From the human T2T-CHM13v2.0 reference genome, Homo sapiens, in the NCBI RefSeq assembly GCF_009914755.1, contig NC_060926.1: 64,000 nt of DNA; one strand, written 5' to 3'. This document shows, piece by piece, positions 15,201 to 28,438 of this stretch; the first letter of the stretch is position 1, and every line of letters starts with the position of its first letter. The notes beneath the pieces are model-generated. The model saw only the letters and a list, made by a program, of their open reading frames with translations, searched no databases and was not told the origin of the DNA. The position numbers and the translations under genes are program-made.

Positions 15201-16689
15201 TTAGCACAACATCATACATTTAACATATATTAAGGGAACATTTGTTTAATAAGTTAACAGGTAATCTGTCTGTTTAAAATTGCATAACTGTGTTTAGAAG
15301 TCTCAACATCAACAGATTTTTTATGTGATCTCTGATTTTCTTCTTCAACAAGGGAAAAGTCATCAATTTAGATGGTAAGCAATGTCCTGTAGGGTACTCT
15401 GTACCCTGCAACCTTTTATGTAGCCAGTTTCTAGCATCTCTGAGAATACCCTGGCATGTCAGCTACTGCTGAGCAAAGATGTGCTCTGACAATACAGGAA
15501 CACAAGAGAATTGAAAAGGAGCACAGATGAACAGCATGAAGAATCAAGATGAGGCCCATTGCCTATTTGTTTTCCATTCTATTAGCATTGTGCCTACTAA
15601 GTGCCAGGGACCAAATGTTTGGTGACAGTGGAAGAGGTATACAAATGAATGAGACATTCTTTCCCTCAAAGAATTAAAATCCAGCCTCCTTTGAGTACAA
15701 AGTCTTTCCAAAGATCTCTTTTGTGTTCTTCCCTTAACTAATAGGCCTCTCGAGGATAAGTCCCAGCAAAACATTTTTCAGTGGAATGGAAAAAGGGGAA
15801 TACTGACAAACATGAAGAAATATTTTTTTAAAAAATTTCTTTTAAGAACCAGAAGTTGTTGGGGCAATGAAGATATGTAGGAAAAAAAAATGAGAAAAAA
15901 ATATAATGAAGTTAGTTTTGAAACTAAGTTTTGTGGCAATTTTATGACAAAGATTAGGGCCATCTCTTTGAGATTTTTTTCTTCTTTCCCCAAGTATCAA
16001 GGAATGAATCCTTGAAGTTTCTTTTTTGCAGAGATTTAAGTTTTCAACTTTTCAATAATGAATAGCCACTTTGCTTTAGATAACTTTAATTAAAGTTTCA
16101 TAAATGCACCAAGAGCCATAGGGCTTTTTGTATTCTTGAAATAATGAATAATTTAATCAATTAATACATAATGGGAGCAAATGACTAATTGCAGATTCAA
16201 GATACATTTTGTCAATCATCTTTATTGACAGTTATAGATTATAAAGTCCACCATACCAAAAGTCAAGAATGCCTTGATTGACAATTAATTGCTAAGACCA
16301 ATTCCATTATCATGACTTCTGCCCTCTATTTTCCAATTTGGAAAGCGTGTTGCAGTTTCGATTTATACACTGGGAAGTTGTATTAGTATCAACTTTAGCT
16401 CTTATATAAATGTGGCATTTTAAAATAAACATTCTCCCAAATTAATACTTTGTTTCTGCAAACATGAGCACCAAGCACATGGCTGAAAACATCTTTCATT
16501 ACGCTAGTTTCAAGAAAAAACACTCCTTTTCACTGAAATTTAATTTGTAAGACATTTAGGGTATCCCTACACTATATTTTTAATTGAATTTTAAAGGAAG
16601 GATGGAGAAATAACAGTTCGGAATTTGTTGGATATTTATTATTTTGAAAAATAAATCTGCATTCATTTATTTGCCATAGTCTACCAGGC

Positions 16690-16737
16690 CATCCATCCAT
16701 CCATCCACCCATCCATCTATTCATTTGTTCATCCATC
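16690..16737 (+). repeat. (CCAT)n / (CATT)n simple repeat
   Basis: CATCCATCCATCCATCCACCCATCCATCTATTCATT. Confidence 0.85.
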
Positions 16738-18579
16738 AACGCATACATAGATACTTTATCTTTTAAGAGTCAAAAAAAAGTTTTTGAACTAAAGTCCAAA
16801 AGGACCTTCCGAACTCAGTCTGCCTAGAACACCACGCTTGAGTCAAAAATTCTGGAAATGTGTTGCTGTAAACTCATCTTCTCATCTGGATCTCATTGGA
16901 GTAACATAATCCACATTTTCTTCTTTTAAGCATATACAACCCCAGAACACATCCAATTTGTTCACAGCTATCTGCATAATTAATCAGTAGTCTTTAGGTT
17001 CACTCCACACTTAAATTTTCACATTTCTATGCATGCATTGGATACATACATCACAGGATATAATTTCTGGACAAAAGAATGTTACTTAGAATGATCAGTG
17101 TCTGATAAAACTATGGCTATGCTCTCAATATCAAGACAGTTTGGCTGGTATGGAACAGACAAATTAATTGAAACTCATGTAAGTTTTATTAATCACATTT
17201 CAGAGTGGCCACATTTCTCTTCTTTCGCTTTATAGTCTTTACAGCCAACTTAAGTCATTATCATGCATTACTCATGACTTGTGTATCATGTCTATATACT
17301 TCCACACTTGCTTATCCCTCTGATTGAGAGCACTTTGAAATCAGTCCCTAAACACTCTGTGTTATAAATATTCTCTGTAAACCTTTCATGTGTATTTGCA
17401 TGTAAATAATGAAATATTTGATAAGCAGAATACACCACAAAAAATTACATCAAGACAAAATTTATTGAAAAGCATCCTGATTTTTGTCGTTAAAACTCAT
17501 AAAACTAGAGCTTAATCACCTCTAGATTCTTTTTACAAAAGTTAGGTAAAAACAATTTCCATTTACATTTTTTCTACTTACTATCCTATGACCTACATAG
17601 TTCAGCATAATTATTAACTGGAAATTTTTGACCTCCTCTGTGTATTTGCAAAATGTAATATTCCCAAGTATACCTTAGCAGAGTCTTCTGTGGCAAAAAA
17701 AATATTCACTAAGAATTATAATCTAGAAAGCCTTTGTCTATCTATATAGCTTCAGACAAAATAGCATTTTATAGATCATAATGGTAATGTAAACATTCAT
17801 AACTTACCCCAATTAGCTGAAAGTCTTGACATATAAGATTACAGCCATAGATCGATGAAGATGCAGCAGAAAAGGTATGGCATATTTAGAAGGCTAGTTA
17901 CACTCATCATAACAACAGAAACTAAAATATGTATTCTTTTGGTTATCTATTCTGGGCACACCGAAATAAATTGTGAACCAAACCCTATAAAGACAAACCC
18001 AAAATGTACCCAGAACTGTGCACATTAGGTAAATTTTTATTAGAATACAATAGGAATTGAGGACAATGCAGTCTTATTAAATAAACTATTAATAAAAAGG
18101 CTGAAAGGGTTGAAGATTTTCTGGGCTCTCTGGAGATTTGAACTATCTTTGATTAAATGTGAGCTAAAAATACTCCAGATATCAAAAACAAAAACTTGTA
18201 GTGGTAGCAACGAACTATAGGTATATGTAGTACTTATTCATTCCATACCACAATAATTCAAAAATTCCTAGGAGCCAGCTAATCCCTTTTCAGCATTTGT
18301 GCTCAGGGACTTCTTCACTTTTTACAGCTGGGTAATATATAAACACAAATGTCCCTCCTTTTTACTTGAACCCCAGAGGAAAGCAGTTTTACAGAGCTAT
18401 GGAAGCAGATCTTATTAATTAAAGTCTATTTTTTGTTCCTCTAAATTTATCTTTTACTATCAGTGTGTTGTGTGCTAAGGAATGGATTCTAAGACTTATG
18501 AAATGGGAAGCATCTATCACAGTGTTCAATGCATGCTAAATAAATGTTCATCCTCCATTAATATAAAGGTACTCACTGA

Positions 18580-18894
<315 letters not shown>

Positions 18895-20732
18895 TTATTA
18901 ACTTGGTAAAATTAAATTGTATCCACATTACCAGCAGGCAAAACAAGTGAAGACTTTTAAAAAATGATTTTACAGACTCAAGGGCTGATTCCTTTTCAGA
19001 AACAGAAACGAGTTACAGAGCTTTCAACTTTTATTTATATAATATTATCCCCGTAAGGTTTAACCAAGAAGATAAAGTAGATGTGATTGGCAAATCTTTT
19101 AAAACTTGATGTACAAATGTTTGTTAAATATCCAGGGTCCTAAAAATCAAATAGCCATTTAATTTTGTAAACATGTTTTTAATATAGTCTTGTAATTCCA
19201 ATGATGATCCAATAACTAGATTTAAAATTTAAAAATTCAGTAAACACATACCAGAAACAAGAAAAATTTTATTTGTTAAATTTAAGATTTAAGTCACAAT
19301 TTCAGGCCAATGGATTCAAAATACTTTAAATCTTAACTTGAGTCATTAACAATTAATACTAAATATCCAATGCCCCAAATCTCCTTTGGTCCTAGATTAG
19401 CTGATGACAAATGACAAGTTGATTGCTAATAAGCATAGATCACAATTTTATGAGAAAGTCTATTTGTGGCTTGATATTCTCATTAATATTATCAAAGTCC
19501 ACACTTCCAAAAATTCAAATTGCTTTTCTGTAAGAAACACAAGACAGAGTCTGCTCTAAATTGGTATTCCCAATGTTCCTGCCCTTGGGAGTTATAAAGA
19601 AGGTAAAAAGCTATCCCTTCTTTTCCCTGCCAATTCTCCGTCCTTCCATGTGAGAACAGACTTTCAGAAAATAACATTTTCCTTCTTTCATGATCAATTT
19701 AGCCCTACCTTATTTTTTCTTGGCTGAATTGGCCCCCACCTGTTGCCTCCTGGTTTTGTTAATTAAAATGAGACAAGTGAAAAGCACTGACAACCTAGAC
19801 CTTGTGTGATTATTAAAGAATGACAGGTGCTTTGGAAATCAAACCTAACACCAAACATAAAGAAGCCTTTAGACCTCTATCTTACAAGATAATTACATTA
19901 ATCAGTGAAAAACTAGATTAATCTATTGGGGAGTTAAGTAACTGAAAATGGGACACCCTAAAAAATTACTTGGTACAAAATAAGAAACAAATGTCAGTGA
20001 ATTCATTGAGTAGTCTGGGACTTCTTTTTAAGTCACTATGGTATTGGTCTTTTACTAATAAAATAGATGACTTATTAAAGCAATATTTACACTGATTAAT
20101 TCACAACGGCAGTACCTGAGACCCCTAAGAAAACAACTATTCCTTTAAAATCCAGCCTGAAAGTAGTGCTCAGGTGTGCACACTGAGCCTTTTGTCTTTA
20201 ACTTAGCAAACACTCAGTTCAAAAATAATTTTGTCATTCAGAGGAGAAGCTATTTTATAGATAAAAGATTATGAATTTCACAGCTGACTTGAGCTCTACT
20301 CAGGTCAACAACATTGGTTTCTACTTTGCAAGTAGGATTTGTTCTGTCAATGCAGATTTCTCAGTAAGTACTTTCCCCTTTCAAAGAAACATTTACATTT
20401 TTTTATATAAATCAAGTCACTGATTATATTAGCTCAGATTCACATTTGATGCACCCTTGTGCCCCTCCTCCTACACTTCAGCTAAAATGGAAACAGACTT
20501 TGTTTCTAACTTTTAATACTGACATTTTTGAGTGTAATCAAAATTCCAGAGTGTTGGCTTAGATGGAGTTCTAAACTGAAGAAAGGAGTAAGGGCTAAGG
20601 TGGCTTTTTGTTTTTGTTGTATGTATTTTCCTATTTTATAAATAGTTCTTCAGTTTCCTGTATGATACTAACAATATGCATGTCATATATTAAACAATAT
20701 ATGCATTAAAAATGAGGAACTGTCTGCCCTAA

Positions 20733-21050
<318 letters not shown>

Positions 21051-21729
21051 TCTTCCTTTTATTTAGTTTATGATTTATCCTTATTATATATTTTGAAAGC
21101 TTAGAGACATGTCAAATTAGGAAGGATCAAGAAGGAGCTTAACTTTTTGTAGGGGGAGGCTCTGATTCTGAATATCTCTAAAGCCTGAAAAGCAATTTAA
21201 TTAGTCACTAAGTGGGAAGGCTCCATTTGATGACAGGCTGTAAATGGCATTACTCTTGGTCATCTGAGTAGAATGCAGAAAGGTTGCAAATGAAATGGTA
21301 ATGGATTTAATTGCTTATTCTGATATTCATAAAAATCTGAGATGTTTCTCAAGCCCTGTTTAGACTCTAAACAATTTTATTTTTCCTTATATTAATAATT
21401 AGTGATCAGGTCGAATACACTGAAGCCTTGTCTATGTAAAAACACCATCAAGTGACTATTTTCATGACTCCTGACTTACTCTCAACTGCCTCCATAATGA
21501 CTTTATTTAAACCATGATCCATTGAAATGACTCATGAATTTCAGAGGTTCCCTTTATCTTTTCCGTGGATTTATACCCAAAGCTCTGGAATAGTTGTATG
21601 AACACTAGAAAAAAAGAAACAGAAATGACAGGTTCCAGGTAATCAATGATAAAACTACTTTGAAAACCAAGAAGAAATAATTTCATTTATGGAGTTTTAT
21701 GAGCACTGTATTTAAGCTGACATTCAACT

Positions 21730-22520
21730 TTTAAAAATTGTACGTATTTAATGTGTTCAACATGATGTTTTGACATATGTAATGAAATATTTACTGCAGT
21801 CAAGCAAATTAACATAACCATCTAGTCACAGTCACAGTTACCAGTTACGGTTACCTTTTTTTGTTGTTGTTGTTGGTAGGGAGAGAACTTGTCTCCTGAC
21901 TACTGTCTTAGCAGTTTTCAGTGTACAATATAATATCATTAACTTTAATAATCAAGCTGTACATTAGATCACTAGACTTATCCTGAAAAACGTCAATTGT
22001 GTATACTTTTACTAATATCTCTCCATCTCCCCCCACCTCCCTGACCCTGCTAACTACCTTTCTACTGTTTCTATATATTCAATTTTTTAAATTATTTTTT
22101 ATTTTTTATGTTTTTAGAGTCAGAGTGTTACTCTTTTGCCCAGGCTGGAGTGCAGTGGTGCTCCTTGCTTACTGCTGCCTTGAATTTCTGGGCTCAGGCA
22201 GTCTTCCTGCCTCAGCCTCCCAAGCAACTAGGACTACAGGCACATGCCGCAACTTCCACGTAAGTTTTTATTTTTTTTTAATTTTTTATTTTTTTCCAGT
22301 TTTTTGAGATGGGAGTCTTGCTATGTTGCCCAGGCAGCTGTCTAACGCCTGGCATCAAGGGATCCTTCCACCTCAGCCTCCCAAGTCTTCAGGAGTACAG
22401 GCTTGAGCTACTACTACAATCAGTGTATTAAACATTTTTAGATTCCACATGTAAGTGAGACCATGCAATATTTTTCTTTCTGCGTCCGGCTTATTTCACT
22501 TAGTGTTACGCTTTCCAGAC
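21730..22520 (-). mobile_element. L1MA9/10-like 3' end interrupted by an AluJ
   Basis: CAGTCAAGCAAATTAACATA..GCTGTACATTAGATC..TTTTAGATTCCACATGTAAGTGAGACCATGCA..GGCTTATTTCACTTAG. Confidence 0.8.
22083..22422 (-). mobile_element. AluJ (old, diverged)
   Basis: GCCTTGAATTTCTGGGCTCAGGCAGTCTTCCTGCCTCAGCC; GCTATGTTGCCCAGG. Confidence 0.9.
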
Positions 22521-22544
22521 ATTCATTTTCATTGACAGGCATCA

Positions 22545-22790
22545 TACATGATGCTAAAGAGCATGGTAGACACGGAGTCAGACAGATTTGGGTTAATGAT
22601 CTGAGCCCACCACTCATCCAACGATGTGACCTTTAAATGGGTTAATTTATCCTAGTCTTGTGTTCCTCAGCTAAAAAATGGGGATAGGTTGATAATCGTT
22701 AAGGTTTTGTAAGGGTTAAACGAGACATGTTTGTAAAGCACTTAATGAGGTCAGACACGCAGGAGCTGCCCAGTAAATATTAGCTACAAA
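22545..22790 (+). mobile_element. MIR
   Basis: AAGAGCATGG..GGAGTCAGACAGATTTGGGTT..TGTGACCTT..AAAATGGGGATA..GTAAAGCACTTA..TAAATATTAGCTA. Confidence 0.8.
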
Positions 22791-25700
22791 TTTAGGACCT
22801 AACATAAAGGGATCTCTCAAGAAAATCACTGAATGCAAAGACAAGTATTTTCTTAATACTTTACAGCTGAGTATTTGATCCAAGGTTCTTTCCCATTTAT
22901 AGATTTGTTATTTGATGCATTTCATTTTACTTTTTATGCAGATGGGTTGGTTAGCCCGGCCTCAGTTATCATTTGAAACTCAAAAGGGCAGAATGTAAAA
23001 CAAGATATTCTTATGATTCCAAATTGAAAAATACACAAACATCAATGTCTTCAAAACTATAGAGTTTTTACTAGGACACAGTTTTTCCTCTAACTTGATG
23101 AAAAATCAGGAGTTCTGGCTTCCATTGGTATCTCTGACACTAATTAATTGTGAAGGCCTTGGTCTCCTTTATTTGGGATATGAGAGTTTTGACAAAATGA
23201 CCTCTTAGGTCCCTTCAGTATGTCTGAAAACTAATTCAGAATGTAACCCTAATGCCGTTTGTGAGGAAAATAAAAGAGACTTTTCCCCTGTATGTCATAA
23301 ATCCCAACCTGTGACAAGTTCTTCACATGTGTAAAATTCTGTCCTGGTTTTCTATGGCAGTCCCCATGATGGAAACTCTTTTAGTTATGCATAAAATCAG
23401 GCCAGTTTATCACCCAGAAAAGGAAGAGAGGCGACATGCTTCCAGCCTATATCGTCTAGACTAATTTTCTTGTTCTCTCTGATGCCACTATGGGACCCTT
23501 GCCAGCTGCCTCCTAGGAAATAATTATTAATTGCACTTACTCAAATTAGCCTCCTCCTAAGTCCCCTTCAAGATCACACTACAGAGATGTCCTGAGAGCC
23601 TAGCGGAAGCAGAGAAACTAAAAAAAATGTTCACAATCTTTCTTCTTCCAAAGAGGTTCCTGCAAATAGACTCATGATTAAAATGGACCTCATAACATGT
23701 CAGCTTCTTGGAATGGACCCTCCTTCCAAGGCTAGAGGCCTGAGGATTGCTTCTAAATAAAAGAAAGCTTGCTATGTTTTCAGTTCCAGATGGTATATGT
23801 GCACTAATAGACAGCAAATTCTAAAACGACATGCCTCTGGCTTCATCCTGGAGTCTCAGAAGCAGAGAAGAAATGCATTAGAAAAGGAAAGAGAGAGTAT
23901 CTTGCTCTTGTTTGTGTTGGGATATACCAAGGCAACATTTCAGGCAGCTTACACTGCTCATAGATTATTTTGATCAAAATTGTTATTGCTCACTTCTTTC
24001 ATTTCTTGGATAAGTTAACTGACCACTTGGAACCATTCCCCTTAAAATGGGTAACAGGAAATCCTAGGTCCTCTAACTCTCAGCACATATTCATAGAAAA
24101 CCAAAGTTGCAATACTGTAAAAGGAGCAGAAATAACTAACTACAATTCAATATATTTCATTCAGAACGAGGCTTTGAAAAAAGCAATGATCCTTTGTGCC
24201 CAGGGCTGCTCAATTTGATTACTGCATCCCCTACTTTGTGAAGTGATATTTTGTTTCTATTTTGATTCCAAACTGCTCAAATAGAGTCCTCCTCAGGCAA
24301 GTGTATAAGAATATAGCATATTTTGGCCTCAAATGACTCTTATTAAAGAATAATAAATCAATTTAAACATTATTATTACTTCAAAAATCAAATCTGTAAC
24401 AAATATTAATCAATCTGATACTTCTACTGTTATTGGAGAACATTTAGTCTATAAACTACATTATGGATGTCATGGTCCCATTTCTTAAAATATGTCTAGG
24501 TATATGCTTATACTGATGCATAATTAGATATGTTTATATCATATATATACTGATTCAACAGAGGAGAAAATATTCGTGAAGACGAGATTAACACAGCAGA
24601 CAGAAAGCATCACATCTTACCTTATAAGACTGCATTTATAATTACCATGTGGTAGAATAATGGATGATCTTTTTCATTATTATGTTTCTTAATAATTTTC
24701 AAATTAAAATATTTGAAGAAAACAAATGCAATATCCTATAATTTGTATAACATAAATTCCATTTTTTCCCTAGATAATGGCAAAGGCCGCATGACTATTA
24801 AAACTTTAGATAAGTATGTACATATACACACAAAGTAGCCTTTTTTATTTTAATGTGGGAGAAATAAGCTAAGAAGAGTAATGCTATCTATTCTTCTATT
24901 AGATAGGGTTTTATATAATACATGCTTACAAAAGGATCATGTTGTCAAGGGTACCTCGTCTTCTCTTTAAAACAAAACTAATTTCAAAGGTTGCTTAATC
25001 AAATCACAATGAAGTTTCATACTTTTCAATTTAACAAAATATCACAGAAAAGCATGCATCATAGAAAATCATATCTTCCTAGATAATGAATTTCCAACAG
25101 GTAATTTTGGAGAGTCTCTATTTATAAGCTAAGAATGATGATTTGAATATTTAAAGATATGCACTGCTGACAAATAGGAGTGTATTTATGGAGTACAAGT
25201 TTTAGTTATCTAAGGTTTCTAAATCCCCAGGAGCTCAAGAATGAAGAAACCATGCACTGATAATCCGAACCTGGATAGATGAATTCTAGACAGCAACTTG
25301 TGTACTCCCCTCACAGCCACAGAGGTAGGTGGAATGTATAATACATTGTCTTGTGGAAATCATAAGCTCAAAAGGACCCTAGAATTATCTTCATTGCTAT
25401 CTCATGATGACCTTTTCATAATATGCAGCCACTGATCTTCACGTCTCAAATTATAATAGTCAATAAAGAATCACTTTATATAAAAAGTATTTGACTTATT
25501 TCACTTATTTGAATTCCAGGGTAGGGAGACTGTTTGCAGGGATATTTAGCTTAGCTTTCAAACTATCTGTGGTTCCTAACTGTCACAACATTCAGGAGTA
25601 TCCTAAATATATAATGAAATGTCTGTAAACCTAAATAAATGTTAGTATAAATAATAAATACCTACACAATTGGAGGAATAGTGTCATATTGAGGAATTAA

Positions 25701-28399
25701 GTCAAAATGGTTTAATCATGAAAAGCTATGGTAGACACTGGGGAATGAATGGCAAAAATAACAGAATATAGTTAGTGTCCCTCCTGGCTTTGAGTAATAT
25801 ATGCTGATGTAAAAATTTTTGATTGTTAGTGTTAACCACTGTATTTATTCACTAATCTGTAAATTTGACACAATGGATTTATTAATGTAATTTAATTTAC
25901 TTGGCATTTCTTCTCCTGAGAAAGACTCCTAATAGATTTACCCTTTACCAGTCCAACCAAATTATGAGATTTCTCCCCTATTTCTACCTCACAGGAGGAA
26001 CCTGGATATGCATAGATTCAGGATCTTAGTTTTTTACTTTTAATGAAGAATTATGCTATTGGAAGTTGAACAAAGATATGCAGAGTTGGAGGACAGTCAT
26101 AGTATGCAGGGGTTAAAAAAAGAAAACAATTTTGCAGGCACTTGATGTGGGCATGACGGTGGTGTGTCTATGAGATGGCTGTTCTTTGTGGGTTTTTTTT
26201 TTTCTTTTAATCTTGGGAAACTTTGCAGTTTTTACACATGTTCATAGAACCATGATCTAAATTTCAATATAGCTAGTTTTGACAGTGCTTTTACATTTTC
26301 AACGCATTTTTATTTTCCCCTCTGACAATTCAGCTTATTCTATTAAGTGTACTTCCAACCTCTCTCTCTCCAGGCTCTCATCCTACACACATGTTAAACC
26401 TGAGGTATGTTTTGGAAGTAGGGGATCTCAGACAGTCCATCTGATTTTTTGTCACATCCTCTCATCTAGTCACTAGAAAATGCTTCTATCAGATTTGTGT
26501 CATAGGTAAGCCAAATACATATGTTGCAATTTCAGCTACTTCATTTATCACCAGCTAAAAATAAACAAAAACAAACAATGGTAAAATTAAACCACCCTCC
26601 ATTTCCTGATCATATAATTTTAAGTTTTGATAGAGGCAGGCAGTGCTTGAGCACTACATAAGCAACTTGTTAGGGCATGCCACAGAATTCTGATGGAGTT
26701 CTTGGGGCTTTCTTGGGAGTCACTTCCTTAGAAAGAGAGAATGGAACATAGATGGCTGTAGACACTAATAATATATATCAAGAAATAAGTTAAAGTATAT
26801 AACAACATTATATATGGGTAAATGCTACAAAAAATAAATCAAGAAGAGAGTGATATTTCTATGGGAAGATTTAGGTCAGGAATTTTTTTCTGATGAAGTC
26901 GACTTTGAATAGAGCTCCAAAACTATAGTACATATTCTAATATGTCTAGAATTATCTCATCAGTATCTATTAATCAAGGATGGTGAATAACTACAGTCTC
27001 ATTCTTTTTGCCTTATATTCTGCTCACTCTTACTTCCCTAGTTCCCACCCTAAGCTCTCACGATTATACTATTATGATTTGATTCTTCACTGACACTAAT
27101 ATTGCTCCTCTGAGTGCCTAGGATGAGTGTTTATTTAGTTTATTTATGCATTTATGATGCTCTTGAGTATTTTGACAATCAGGAACCACAGAAATGTGAG
27201 GAAAGCCAAGCCAAATGCACTTCAAGCAGTCTCCCTGCCATGAAAGCTGTGAGCCCTGAAGTCATTTACCTGATAATCTGTTCTATGGGTGCTAGCAAGC
27301 ATTAGACCCCGTAGACATGTGGTGCTGGGGAGGCTGTAAGCCAAGGAATCTGGGCAGGTATAACAGGAACCGAAGACTTAAGCAGAAAGCTGACAAGAAC
27401 ACCATACCGCTACTTCTCTGAGGTCACCAACAGCATCTCAGTCCAAGAGTAGCCAGACCCATTAAACAAAAGCATAAATGATGGGAATCAGATCCTTTTT
27501 TGGAAGACATCAGGATTGCTAGGATATTTAGTGTCTTTAGGGAAGAAAAAGTATGAAGAAAGGCAGCTAAGGACACTGGAGACAAATGTCTCGTGTTTTC
27601 ATGATTTTACTTGTTAACTTTCCACTCGGCAGACAGAATCTGGGCACAGGGACTTTGCCTGCAGCTGTCATGGGGAGCTCTGCTGTAAATATATTAGCAT
27701 ATAAGCACAGTATACAAGGAATTTGTTAGTCTGACAGCACATAATGTAGTTTAATCAATATAATTATTGAAAAAAATAATTTACACACAATTGCTCATTC
27801 ACTCGAGTATCTGGGAACCTCAAAGAGAAAAAGAAATGGTTTTTCTATGCTGAAGATGAGAGCTTCAGAATAGGTAGATTCTGGTTGTAAGGCAGTCTTA
27901 ATCTTAATAATGGAAGATCTTAATCTTTGATGGTAGACGCTAGTCCTCCTCTCACATAAATACTGAGGAATGCTAAGAAATGCTAGTTTCTGCAGACATC
28001 TTTCCTGCTTCAAAAAGACAAGCTTCACTTTGATCTGTTTCCCATGTGGACTCTGTATGATTTCTTTCAGAGGGGGAAAAATGAAGAGAGTCCTGCCACT
28101 TTAAAAAACAAAAACAACATGAAACAAACAAAACACCTCTCTCTAAAATCTCTAGAAAACACTCCATCCGGCCTTTCCCTTTCCTCCTCAGCTCAAATCA
28201 GAAGCAACTCACCACAATTAAAACAAAGAGTTTCCTTCTCATCTTTCATCACTCAAAAGGCCAGAAGAGCTCTAATCCCTCAGAGAAAAAAAAATCATTC
28301 CATATAATTATGGGTGCATTGACATCAATGATTTTCTGAGTTTATTTTTTAAATGCCATTGTTTGGTAAATGCCATTTCTAAAATGTCATTATTTTTTT

Positions 28400-28438
28400 A
28401 ATGCCACTAAACCACATTAAGAGTGGTTTAGTAGCATT
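28400..28438. repeat. 16-bp inverted repeat with 7-nt loop
   Basis: AATGCCACTAAACCAC-ATTAAGA-GTGGTTTAGTAGCATT (15/16 complementary). Confidence 0.9.
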
